NCBI GenBank assembly: GCA_051294375.1
Contig: CM119268.1
Coordinates: 9,421,216 to 9,485,215 of the forward strand
Length of the DNA: 64,000 nucleotides
Reading direction: 5' to 3'
Source: Paraspadella gotoi
Lineage: Eukaryota; Animalia; Chaetognatha
The notes below the pieces were generated by a model that had not been told where the DNA came from, ran no database searches, and saw nothing but the letters and a program-made list of their open reading frames with translations. The translations under genes were made by a program, and so were the position numbers. Shown here piece after piece: positions 11,871 to 22,600 of this stretch (its first letter is position 1; each line of letters begins with the position of its first letter).

Positions 11871-13463
11871 ATGGCGAGCATAGATAACGATGATAAAGCG
11901 TCGACGCGCCTCTTCATTGGTCGCCTTGCAGAAGGCACCTCCTCTGACGAATTAAAGTCCATCTTCGAAACCTTCGGCGAGGTCGTCGACGTCGAAGTCC
12001 GCGGCGCTTTTGGTTTCGTTTCCATGGCGACAGCCGCGGCAACGGAGGCTGCGATCGCTGGGGCCAGCGGCTGGGACCTTCGCGGCAAGCGTCTCGTGGT
12101 TGAAAAGGCGAAGCCCAAGGGCAGCATCCCGCGTCGTTTCGAAAGAAACGCTCGCGACACTTCCGTTAAGCTATTCGTCACTAACGTGCCGGATTTCAAA
12201 GAGGATGAGCTAAAGGAGATCTTTTCCAAGCACGGAAAGGTCATTTCGGCGGAGAAGCACCACCAGAAGCGGGAGATAGCCTTCGTACGAATGGAGACCT
12301 ACTTCTCGGCGCGCAAGGCGATACAAGCTTTAAATCGCACAAAGCTTCAAAACTCTCCCCACACCGCTTTCGTCCTCCTGGCCGTCGACAACCGCGTTGG
12401 GGGAGTTCCCCTCAGCGCGTTCGTCGATAACGGAGAAATCGTGAAATTGTTCGTGGGCAGCCTCTCTCCCGACTGCAAAGAAGACGACTTGGCGCTGCTT
12501 TTTGAGCGTCACGGCCCCGTTCACGAAGCGATCGTTGTGGAGGGAAAAGATTATGGCTTCGTGAAAATGCTTAGCCTGGATCACGCGCAGGAGGCCGTGC
12601 GAGCGTTGAACCGCCGAGAATTTAAGGGGCGGCAGTTAAAGGTCGTCTTTTCCGACAAAAACGTCATTTTGGGTCACGACGGTTCTCCGATGCCAGCTGT
12701 AGCGGCGGCGGCAATGGCAGCTCGGCGCCGGGCCGCCATGTCCATGATGCCAAGGATCCGCGGACCTTCGGCGGTAGAGCCGGTGATTGGTTGGGATCGG
12801 CTTCCTGATATTGATTTTCCGCATGGCTCGTCCAGAGAAGCGCCTTTTGAATCTCGCTCTCCCTTTGGATTTAACCGTTACGATGGACAGATAAGCAGCC
12901 ACTATGATTCCCCAATAAGCCCTTTCGACATTCCGCGCCTGCGACTTCCCAATACGCCACCACAGGGCCGCCGCGAGTTTTTCGAGGCTCGTCGTACGCC
13001 GCGTAGCCCACATGAGGAAAGAGAGGAAGACAATGACGGTCGATGTCGCAGCCCCATCCGTAAAAAGACCAACATCGTTCAAATTCCGCGAGAAATTCCC
13101 AACGAGCTGCCGCCGGATCTTTCGAGAAAGGGTCAGGAAACTCTGTTCCAGCATCGTCAGTCGGAGAGCAGTGTTGGCGGACCTCGTCATGGATTCGGCA
13201 GCTCTTCCGCCTCTTCATCCAGAGATCCGAGTCCCGGCCGAATTTCGAGAGATGATTCGGTCTGGCGTCGCCCCGACTCGGACGCCTACAACCCTGGTTA
13301 CAAAGAATCCGCGGGCGTTTCTTGCTACCAGCGCGAGGGCCCATGCCAGCAAGAGCCCTATGTAGTTTCTTACCCGTTGCCCTTGATCCAAGGTCGTCCG
13401 CCGTCTATGAGTTACAGGGCGGCGGTTGCGGCATCCGTGCCTCCTAAGTTGAAGTATTACTAG
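11871..13463 (+). CDS. RNA-binding protein with three RRMs and an R/S/P-rich tail (RBM4/lark-like)
   Basis: RNP2/RNP1 pairs LFIGRL/RGAFGFV, LFVTNV/REIAFV and LFVGSL/KDYGFV; single ORF. Confidence 0.85.
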   Translation: MASIDNDDKASTRLFIGRLAEGTSSDELKSIFETFGEVVDVEVRGAFGFVSMATAAATEAAIAGASGWDLRGKRLVVEKAKPKGSIPRRFERNARDTSVKLFVTNVPDFKEDELKEIFSKHGKVISAEKHHQKREIAFVRMETYFSARKAIQALNRTKLQNSPHTAFVLLAVDNRVGGVPLSAFVDNGEIVKLFVGSLSPDCKEDDLALLFERHGPVHEAIVVEGKDYGFVKMLSLDHAQEAVRALNRREFKGRQLKVVFSDKNVILGHDGSPMPAVAAAAMAARRRAAMSMMPRIRGPSAVEPVIGWDRLPDIDFPHGSSREAPFESRSPFGFNRYDGQISSHYDSPISPFDIPRLRLPNTPPQGRREFFEARRTPRSPHEEREEDNDGRCRSPIRKKTNIVQIPREIPNELPPDLSRKGQETLFQHRQSESSVGGPRHGFGSSSASSSRDPSPGRISRDDSVWRRPDSDAYNPGYKESAGVSCYQREGPCQQEPYVVSYPLPLIQGRPPSMSYRAAVAASVPPKLKYY

Positions 13464-13666
13464 ATGTCCTTGTGCTATGCTGAGTGTCGTTAATCGTTGA
13501 ACTCGATTGAGAAATTAGACTTTCGGGGTCGAAAGGAAATATACACGATTTATACTCTATATAATATCTAATTTATTTATTGTATAATTTACTGTAGTGA
13601 AATGAATTAAATTTTTTTTTTCTGAATGAAATGTTTTACCGTTGATTTATTAGTAGGTCTACGACA

Positions 13667-15472
13667 ATGAACGAAGATCTCAGGCCGCATGAATTGGCGT
13701 TACAAGGAATTTTGCACGACGCTAATGCGTCGACGACGGACTCGAAACGTTTGATTCATTTGGCGCGATGTCCGAAAGTTTTTCATTCCCTTAATGCTGA
13801 AGACGCGGTGGATTCATTTCGATTTATCCACGCGCATGGGGCTCTCGATCTTATGTTCCGTCTGATACTTTTCTCTGATTCCTTAAAATCACCACCCGAC
13901 ACTCTCATAGTTTTCGTTCCGTTTTTAACCTCGGCCGCTCGCTTAACTCCCCGTTGGATTGCCGAGAGCGAGGAGTCTAAAAAATTAACGGGATGGTGCA
14001 TCTCGGCGTGTTTCCGAATCATCTTCGCTCTTCAAGCCGACAATTGCGATGTTCGGTTTTCATTGGTTAATTCTACCCTCGAGTCTCTTCGACCATTAGT
14101 CAAAATCGACGCGTCAGCGGTTCTTAGCGACGAGTGGTTCTCACGTCTCCTCCTTTCCGAGTCGAACGCGATCGCCGTGCACACCATAAACCTGGCCCGT
14201 CTCTGCCTCCTCAACGAAGGGGTCAAGACGAGCCAGTTGATGGAGGATTTCAGTTTGTTGGACGAATTGACTTATAAAGTTTCCGCGACCGAAGACCCTC
14301 TTGTGGCTTCCGCCGCGGCGGAGGCGATGCTCGCCGCCGCAAGGAAAGACCCCGTTGTTTTAAATGCGATTAAAGTAAACTATCCAGGTATTCTTCCGCT
14401 TTTCGCCAAGTGGGCCGGACGCGGATTCGACGCGACCGTCAGGGCTTTGATCCAGCTCCTTTCCGACGAGAATGAAAATCCTCGAGAAAAAGCGGCTCTC
14501 GTCATCCAGAAAATGTGGCGCGGGTGCGTCGTTCGGTCAAAGTGTAAAAAAATGGAGTCAGGATTTCGCAAGTTGCAGATACTGTTCCGGGCGAAACAGA
14601 GGTCGAAAGAAGCAATCGCGGCCCAAGCCGCTGAAGAGGAGGAAAAGAGACGGGCGCAATCTTTGGTCCTTGCACGTAAAATACGAGCGTCGAGCGAACG
14701 GATGCTCGTGCTCATGGAGGCCGTTCCGGCCAGTGAAGTCGACGAATTCTTACAGCGACGCGAAAAGGAGGCCGCTGTTAAGATTCAGACACGTTGGAGG
14801 GGATTTGCGACGAGAAATCGGTTTATGTCAATGAGAGAAGACATGAGGCGAGAACGAGCCGCCCGCGTTTTACAAGGATGGGCGCGAAGGTGGTTAAAAA
14901 ACTTGAGGCTTAAACGCTCTTTAAACAATCTTTTTACATTTGAAATGACGAGCGAAACCCGCAAGACTTTATCGGAGCAGGTAGAGGAGCTCAAGTCGCG
15001 CAGATTACGCGAGATTCGCGAAGGTGCGCCGGAGACCTCTCGTGAGCAAGTGGAAAATCTCCACGAACGCGTTGCGAAGCTGTTACAGAAAAAAGAAGTA
15101 GAGGAATCGGGAGTCCGTCGCCGGATGCAGCGTTGCCAGGCACTTTTGGCAAGCATAGAGGTGGAGAAGGACCTCATCCTGAGCGTGGAGTCATTCGACG
15201 ATATGTTGGAAAACCGCGACTCTAATCCCGCGATCAAAGAACTGCTGAGGCCGTCCAACTCGGCCGAGGTTCGCTCGTGCGCGGCAGAAGAGCTGGAACG
15301 CGATCTGCGCAACTGGCGAGATCCCGTATGGGCGGCGGTCGAGGGGAAAGAGATCGAGAACGACTACTTTTCCGACGATATCTTTTCCGCAACGAAGTTG
15401 GACTCCGAAACGAAAACTAAGTTTCGCGAGAGCGCATATTGGAAACATTTACATTGGACGTTGGACGAGTAA
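13667..15472 (+). CDS. IQCB1: IQ calmodulin-binding motif protein 1 (nephrocystin-5)-like, intronless
   Basis: IQ motifs 'IQKMWRG', 'IQTRWRG', 'LQGWARR'; 'LLAKWAGRGF'-like and 'LMEAVPASEV' segments; coiled coil. Confidence 0.8.
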   Translation: MNEDLRPHELALQGILHDANASTTDSKRLIHLARCPKVFHSLNAEDAVDSFRFIHAHGALDLMFRLILFSDSLKSPPDTLIVFVPFLTSAARLTPRWIAESEESKKLTGWCISACFRIIFALQADNCDVRFSLVNSTLESLRPLVKIDASAVLSDEWFSRLLLSESNAIAVHTINLARLCLLNEGVKTSQLMEDFSLLDELTYKVSATEDPLVASAAAEAMLAAARKDPVVLNAIKVNYPGILPLFAKWAGRGFDATVRALIQLLSDENENPREKAALVIQKMWRGCVVRSKCKKMESGFRKLQILFRAKQRSKEAIAAQAAEEEEKRRAQSLVLARKIRASSERMLVLMEAVPASEVDEFLQRREKEAAVKIQTRWRGFATRNRFMSMREDMRRERAARVLQGWARRWLKNLRLKRSLNNLFTFEMTSETRKTLSEQVEELKSRRLREIREGAPETSREQVENLHERVAKLLQKKEVEESGVRRRMQRCQALLASIEVEKDLILSVESFDDMLENRDSNPAIKELLRPSNSAEVRSCAAEELERDLRNWRDPVWAAVEGKEIENDYFSDDIFSATKLDSETKTKFRESAYWKHLHWTLDE

Positions 15473-15622
15473 AGCTACGATTGAATTCGGTCTCAATTTC
15501 AGTGCCTACTTTTTTAAAATTTATTGCTCTTGAAATTTATATTTTGGTTTTATCAATTTTTTTTTAAATTTCACAGAATTTTATTGAAAACTTTTGAAGT
15601 TCAACGTTAAAAACCCTTGAAA

Positions 15623-16436
15623 ATGTTGAAAATAGAAGTTTGCGCCTTTTCGGGTTTGAAGATCTATCCCGGCCACGGGAAGAGGGTGGCGAGGGCCGAC
15701 GGACGCACCCTCATCTTCTTGAATTCTAAATGCGAGCGCAATAATAGGCTCAAGAGAAATCCGAGAAAGGTCAGTTTCTTCGAAATCTTCTAGAATCTAA
15801 ATAGTCCAACGATTTTTACCATATTTGACCTTACCAGGTTAACTGGACGGTCCTTTACCGTCGAAAGCACCGCAAGGGCATGGTGGAAGAGACGACCAAG
15901 AAGCGCACGCGCCGCACGCAGAAGTTCATGCGCGCGGTGACCGGCGCCACTTTGGCCGACATCATGGCGAAGCGGAACCAGAAACCGGAAGTCAGAAAGG
16001 CGCAGAGGTTAGAACTAGGGAATCACAATGTATAATATGTAGGAGTGGGACTCAGGTTATCAATTATATATTATTTGTTACTTGCATCTTCAGTGATAGT
16101 GCTCGCGCTGCCTTTCTAGTATGCAAATGAGATTGATGAAATCTCAATCTCAATTAGTATTATTCTAAGAATCTATCTCTTACAAATATACAAATATAAT
16201 ATACACAGAAACGTTATAGTAGACATCAGCAAAAGAATAATTTGTTTAAATTGTTTTTAACATCCAGGGAACAAGCCATTCGCGCAGCCAAGGAAAAGAA
16301 GCAGGCCAAAGAAGCCAGCAAGGAGAAGAAGAAGATGGAGTCGATGAAGGCGGCGGGCAAGGCGCCGAAACCCAAAGCCGCCAAGACGCAGGCGGCCAAG
16401 GCTCCCAAGATGAAGACGGCCGGCGGAAAGCGATAA
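15623..16436 (+). CDS. RPL24: 60S ribosomal protein eL24 (exons 15623-15769, 15838-16007, 16268-16436)
   Basis: [19 protein letters not shown]...KRNPRK|[14 protein letters not shown]...GGKR. Confidence 0.96.
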
Positions 16437-16615
16437 TGTCCCGCGCCTCACAATATAATTTTGAATCGGCGCAAATTTTTCATATTATTTTTCAGAGTTT
16501 TTATTTCTAACGTAAATTGAATGTTAAGTTGTTTTTTTTTTCGTGTTTGTACTAGAGATAATCAAGCTTCCCGGTGTTTTTTTGTTACACGACCGTTTCG
16601 CCTATTCTCAGCATC

Positions 16616-19391
16616 ATGAATAAAATTTTTGAAGCAAGTCTGTGGTTGTTCTTATTAACGACATGCTTTAGCCCGACTTTGACTGAGGACGCGTTGGATA
16701 GTGAGTCTAAGACGCTCTCCCAAGCGAAAAACCCTCTCAACATTCTCGTCTTTGGCGGAAATGGTTTTGTTGGTGGTGCCACAGTCGAAAAATTGTCGCT
16801 ATTACCTGACGGTGTCAACTTGTATTTGGTAAATCGCGGCAACTCCTACTGGGACTTCGAAGCTCTTTTGAAGCCGCTAGTGAAACAAACGTTCGTTTGT
16901 GATCGTTCTGAAAAGCTGTCGGATTGCGAATCCTTGAAACAATTCGTAAAAGGTATTTAATACATTTGTTAATTAGCTTGGTAATTCTAGAAGAATGTTC
17001 AGATCAAAAGAAGATGTGGAAAGTAAAGAATCTTGAAAGTTCTCGAATTAAATTTATTTTAACATAAGCCTAATTAAATCACGTCACTGACACCTCGAGA
17101 GATTTAGTAAAAAGCAAAAAACTTTCTGTAGTGAGTAGAGCGTAGTGAAAGTAACGTACGGAAATTCTAAAAGTAAATTATGAACAACATACCATCAGTG
17201 AACATTAATTTGTAAAAAAAATTAATTTTATGTTTTTTAATTTTCGCAGTAGGCTATTTACATTTAGTACTATCCTTAAAAAATCGAAAAATTTCAAAAT
17301 AAGCATTTCTTAATTTTGATTGCAGATTTGAATTCCTTATCAAAAGTTGATAAAAGAAAATATAAATCATTTTTAAAAATTATTTCATTAAGTGGGTTAA
17401 AAATTAAAAAAACTATATTTAATAAATAAAAAGTTAATTTTCAGCTTAAAATATAGCTTTTTCTAATTTTTGACCCCCTTAATGAAGAATTTTTTCAAAA
17501 AGAGTTATATTTCTTTTTATCAACTTTTTATGACGAATCCAAATCTGCAAAAAAATATTAGAAAAAACTGTTTTGAAATTTTAACATTTATTGGATTAGT
17601 ACTAGTATAAATATGGCCTACTGCATAAATTGTAAAATTTATAATAAATTTTTTTATTAGTATAATGTTTTTTTTTCCTCACTTTTAGAATTTTAATTAA
17701 AGTTAAATTTAGAAATTTTACTACGCCTACTAGTGAGGCATATGGAAATATAGAACCCAATATTTATGGGATTCCTCTCCAGACCGATCGGTTTATTTTG
17801 ATTTTGTCATCGACTTCACCGCCTTGGAAGCGCGTCATATCGAAGAGGCTGCCCATCTTTTGAGAAGCACCTACGTCGGTTTCTATATCTACATTAGCTC
17901 CGATTCAGTTTACGAAGTCGTAGTCAAGAAAGATCCGAGTTCGCCGTCGAAAGAGTCCGATGCCGTGCGGCCCGAGGATGAAGAGCAGAGCCAGAAACTT
18001 ATATCCAGGCAAGAGAATGTGAGAGAAGGTGGTTTAGTCTGTCGCTCTGACTTAAAATCCCGCTAATTAAGGGATCGCTATGGAGACGGCAAGCTGCAAG
18101 GCGAAGAGGCGTTGGCACGAATTCGCGTCGCTGGCGGACCTCCTTATGTAGCCTTGCGACTACCGGACATCATTGGACCGAGAGATAACACCAATCGTTT
18201 CTGGATGACGCACATATTGCTCAATGTCCACACGTTCCTTGCAAAACCGATTGCTGTTCCGTCGGAGAAATTTCAAGTAAGTTTATTTTGTTACCGCATC
18301 ATACTTAAAATGGAGATATGTAAATTACTCGAAGTTAATAAATTCTAACTACGATGGAGTATCGAAGGTCATTGAAATGGCTCATTTAATGACCTAACAA
18401 TGTTTTATTTCGGATTCAACATGATTGATACAGTTAATGAGTAAATGACGTGGAATTAGGAAAGTGGGAGTGCCAATAATTAATAATTGTAGTGAGAGAA
18501 GCGAGATAAATCGTCAGATTAATACAAACTAATGTTGCCTCCTTTGTTGGCATAAGTCTTTACATTTAAACTCCTAATTCACCACAGTTAAGTTTTGTGT
18601 ATTCCAACGACGTCGCTTCGCTCATATACGATCTCGTCACTTCCGATGACCTGACACCCTACTACGATCAGTCATACAACATCGCCTGGCAACGGAGCGT
18701 CAGTTTTTCGGAATTGTATTCCGCTATTGCAGCCTCCTCGCCCATCGGAAAACCTTTTAATTTGGAGATCGACGACGGCGCAAAAGCCCCGCATTTTTTT
18801 CCTTCTGTCACTCAAGGTTCCGTCTCATGATGTGTATTGTGTAGTTTATTTTTCAAGGGCTAAACAATGTTTACCCCAATGTATACTAAACATCTCGTTA
18901 CTGTTCATCTGGTTATTTGTGCCTCGTGGTTCTTTAGGTCCAGTCAACACGTCCAAGGCGATGTCTGAACTTCGTTGGACTCCAACCGACTGGACGACAG
19001 CGATCCACGAAACGGTCCAGTTTTACAAAGAATCATCTTCGAAATTCCCCGATCAGTTCCGTCGGGCGTTGCGTGGGCTCAACGGGCGACTGGACGATAA
19101 AACTTTAAAAACAGTGCGAAAGATAAAAGCGATGGTGGGAAAGAAATTTATAATTTACGAGATTTTCACTCCCTCTTGAAATCACAGGCAGCCGCTGGCG
19201 TTTATGCAGTGGAGCTTTCGTCGGGAGGCTGCATTGACCTACATCCCAACTGTGGTCTTTGGGCGACGACTGGCGAGTGCGACCGTAATCCCGATTGGAT
19301 GCGTCCCAATTGCATGGAGTCTTGCCAAACTTGCCGTCTCATGGATCAATTTATCCAAGAAAAGGAGTCTCAAAAAAAGGAAGAATTATGA
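16616..19391 (+). CDS. Signal peptide + extended SDR (NAD-dependent epimerase/dehydratase) + ShKT domain + C-terminal KEEL
   Basis: Hydrophobic N-terminus, GGNGFVG, 'YIYISSDSVY', YGDGK, 'LRLPDIIGP', ShKT 'CIDLHPNCGLWATTGECDRNPDWMRPNCMESCQTC', ends KKEEL*. Confidence 0.82.
17140..17735. mobile_element. Fold-back/MITE-like element in SDR intron 1
   Basis: Imperfect long inverted repeat (TGCAGATTTGAATTC..GATAAAAGAAAATATAA at ~17320 versus its complement at ~17490-17550; GCAGTAGGC / GCCTACTGC). Related sequence at ~55440-55545. Confidence 0.6.
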
Positions 19392-19650
19392 GTTAAAACA
19401 CAAAGGTCTATGAACCAAAAGAGTTCCTGGACAAAAGTGGCAATCAAAAAATCTATTCTCAATTTATTAGCGGCGTTTATATTTTAGGTTTCATGATAAG
19501 CTGCATTAACTTAACTTTACTATACTACTATTGAATAGTCCTTTGTTGGTGTTTTGTTTATTATGAGGAAATATGCTTATTAACCTTATTATATTATTAT
19601 ATGATTGCAATTTATTTTTACAATAATCGTTTTTACAACGAAGTTTAAAA

Positions 19651-22600
19651 ATGGCGGCGACTTGGGACGAAATTCGTCAGCTTCAGGCCGACTTCAAACA
19701 AGTCCAGCAAAGGAAGCAAGCGCAGAAATTGTCGGAGAGAAACTGCGTCGAACTTGTACTGAGACTAATAGAATGGCAGCTCATCGACGTCGTTCACACT
19801 ATCGGTGCGGTACAGATTATTTCAGAATGTTTGTTACTTGTTAGAATATACAGAATGCTTCATATTATAAAATGAGGTACCTCTTTTTTATGACCAGAAT
19901 CTGTTCCCACCAAACTACCCGATCGAATTTCATGAAATTTTACATTTAAAGTCCTAATGACGATATAAATGGAACTATCGAGGCGAATTTTAATATTCAA
20001 CCCCTGACAATAAATACAGGGCCCTGGGGGTTTACCCCAGGGGGCCAAAAAAACCTAAAATAATTTTTTCCATTTTTTGAAATTTTTTAGTGGCATCAGG
20101 TGCATTGACATTTTAAACATTTTAAAACTAAAATAGTATAGAGATGAAACGAAAAAATCGTTGGAATAGAAATTTTATTTTTATTATTGTACATGTTTCG
20201 ACTCTTAGTGGTACGAGTCTTCATCAGCAAGTGAATTTCAATAAACCAAAAATTAGTGGTACGAGTCTTCATCAGCAAGTGAATTTCAAAAAACCAAAAA
20301 ATTTTAAACATTAGTTTGAGAGATAGAGAGAGAGAGAGAGTTTCCAACAAAGAATTGAGTAAGGGATAGTGGTCAGATTTGAGGACAGGTGAAAGTAGGG
20401 AAAGAGAGAGTAAATGATTTTGAAATTGGTGAAAAAAAAGAGAGAGAGAGAGAGACAGAGAGACAGGGATCAATAGTTTTTCAATACATTAGGCAATGTA
20501 CAACATTGAAAAACTTTTAGAAAAACTAAGTATTTAACAAGAGTAATAATAAATTAATTGTTAACTGATGATTGTTAGTTTAATAGAAGGGAAAATGAAA
20601 TAGAAGAATAAGTGATGAGGGATAGATAAGTTAAAGATAAGTGAAATGGTAAGGTAAGAAAAGAGCTCAAAATGAGCTTTCCCCCCCCCCCCTGGCCGGG
20701 CAAATGTGGGACGTTAACGATGTAGCCGGGTCATTGGCCTGTCATAGGCTGAGTTGATATTGTGGTGGAATGGGACAGGGCTGGATCTGGTAGTGATCCG
20801 GCCCGGGGGGGGGCAGCTTATTTTGAGCTCTTTTCTTACCTTACCATTTCACTTATCTTTAACTTATCTATCCCTCATCACTTATTCTTCTATTTCATTT
20901 TCCCTTCTATTAAACTAACAATCAGCTAACAATTAATTTATTATTACTCTTGTTAAATATTTAGTTTTTCTAAAAATTTTTCACTGTTTTACATTGCCTA
21001 ATGAATTGATCCTTGTGTCTCTCTCTCTCTTTCTTTTCACCAATTTCAAAATCATTTACTCTCTCTTTCCCTACTTTCACCTGTCCTCACATCTGACCAC
21101 GATCCCTTACTCAATTCTTTGTTGGAAACTCTCTCTCTCAAACTAATGTTTAAAATTTTTTGGTTTATTGAAATTCCCTTGCTGATGAAGACTCGTACCA
21201 CTAAGAGTCGAAACATGTACATTGTACAATAATAAAAATAAAATTGCTATTCCAACAATTTTTTGTTTCATCTCTATAAAACTAAAATTGAAAAATTTTC
21301 AATAATTAAGCATAGTTTTAATATGCATGGTTCATCATTTTACTTCCAATTTTCCCAAATTATTCCAAAACTGACTTGAACTGCTGATGTTAATGAAGCT
21401 AAAAATTAAGGTAAACTAATATTTTTGTGGTAATAAATACTGTTCAAAACAAAAATAATGAAAAAATTTAAAAAATATTTTTGACCATTTTTTTGCCCCT
21501 AAGGGTGACCCCTCCGGGGCCCCATATCTCGACTCAGGGGTCAAATATTGAAATTCGCCTCGATAGTTCTATTTGTATTCACCTAGGGATCGTTCATACT
21601 AAATTTCAATAAATTTGGTCCGGTAGTTTTCTCGGAACGTGTTCTGGTCTCAAAAAAGGGGTACTTCATTTTATAATATGAAGCCTTCTGTATAGGGAAA
21701 ATAAATTTTAAACAAAATAAAAAAAAAAAAAAATTTCACATCTCAGATGGTCGCGAATACGTTACCAGTGCCCAACTCAAGCGTGAAATCCAGGACGAGG
21801 TGTCGGTACATGTGGGACGCCTCTCTCTCTCAGATCTCTCCGCGACCCTCGCCTTAGATTATTCCATAGTGGAGAAGGCTGCCTTGGAACTCGTGGCCGA
21901 TAAGCCCAAAGCCCTTCATCTGGTTCTTGGCCAGCTGATTGGCAAGGAGTACTTGGACCGCGTGGCCGAGGAAGTTGACGACGAACTGCAGACGAAAGGC
22001 TCGGTGGATTTAGCTCAGCTCACGACGCAGTTCGATTTACCCTTAGAGGTTCGTAATTTATAAGGTCAAATGAGGATGGAGATTTCATCTGTGAGAAACA
22101 TATCCCTATTGCATTACTGCATGATATTAGTCTGTCTTTGTTTGTCTTAGTTTGTCTTAGTCTGTCTTTGTTTGTTTGTTTGTTGATGATGATTGTACTG
22201 AATCAACCTCGTTGTATTCGAATAAAATCGCATATATTAAAACATGATAGTAAACTTTCACGTCCTCCTTTCGGCAGTTCCTACGGGCGGCCTTCGAAAC
22301 TAGACTCGGCGTAATCATTCAAGGTAGAGTCGACGCTTTCGACAAAAACCTTATCTACACCGACGCGTTTCTGAGTCGGCATCGAGCGCGCGTCTCCGGC
22401 GCCCTGCGGGGAGCCACCCGTCCTACGGCCGTAACGACATTGTTGGAGTCGCTCGATATTCAGGCGCGGATTTTCTTCGGCATTCTCGACGACTTGATCG
22501 AAGAGAAAAAGATTGCAGGTTGGGGGGGAAGGGAGAACCTTTTTCGCTAATAGTAGGTTCGTTAAGGCTTTTCATCTGTCGCCTGTTAATCTTCATCTCA

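Larger units (their letters stand above)
20135..21277. mobile_element. Palindromic Penelope-like (inverted pseudo-LTR) insertion nested in the MITE
   Basis: Arms 20135-~20695 and ~20800-21277 are reverse complements around a ~110-bp GC-rich spacer. Direct flanking repeat TAAAACTAAAAT at 20123-20134 and 21277-21288. Each arm carries a hammerhead followed by AATAAA. Confidence 0.7.
19851..21690. mobile_element. Tc1/mariner-type MITE with ~200-bp imperfect TIRs, flanked by TA, in UFL1 intron 1
   Basis: TA|CAGAATGCTTCATATTATAAAATGA ... TCATTTTATAATATGAAGCCTTCTG|TA. Confidence 0.75.

Noticed and set aside
16008-16267. Possible intronic snoRNA in RPL24 intron 2
   Set aside because: Hairpins are present, but no clear C/D or H/ACA box set was found.
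20695-20800. GC-rich spacer of the palindrome as a twister or HDV ribozyme
   Set aside because: The required pseudoknots could not be built by eye.
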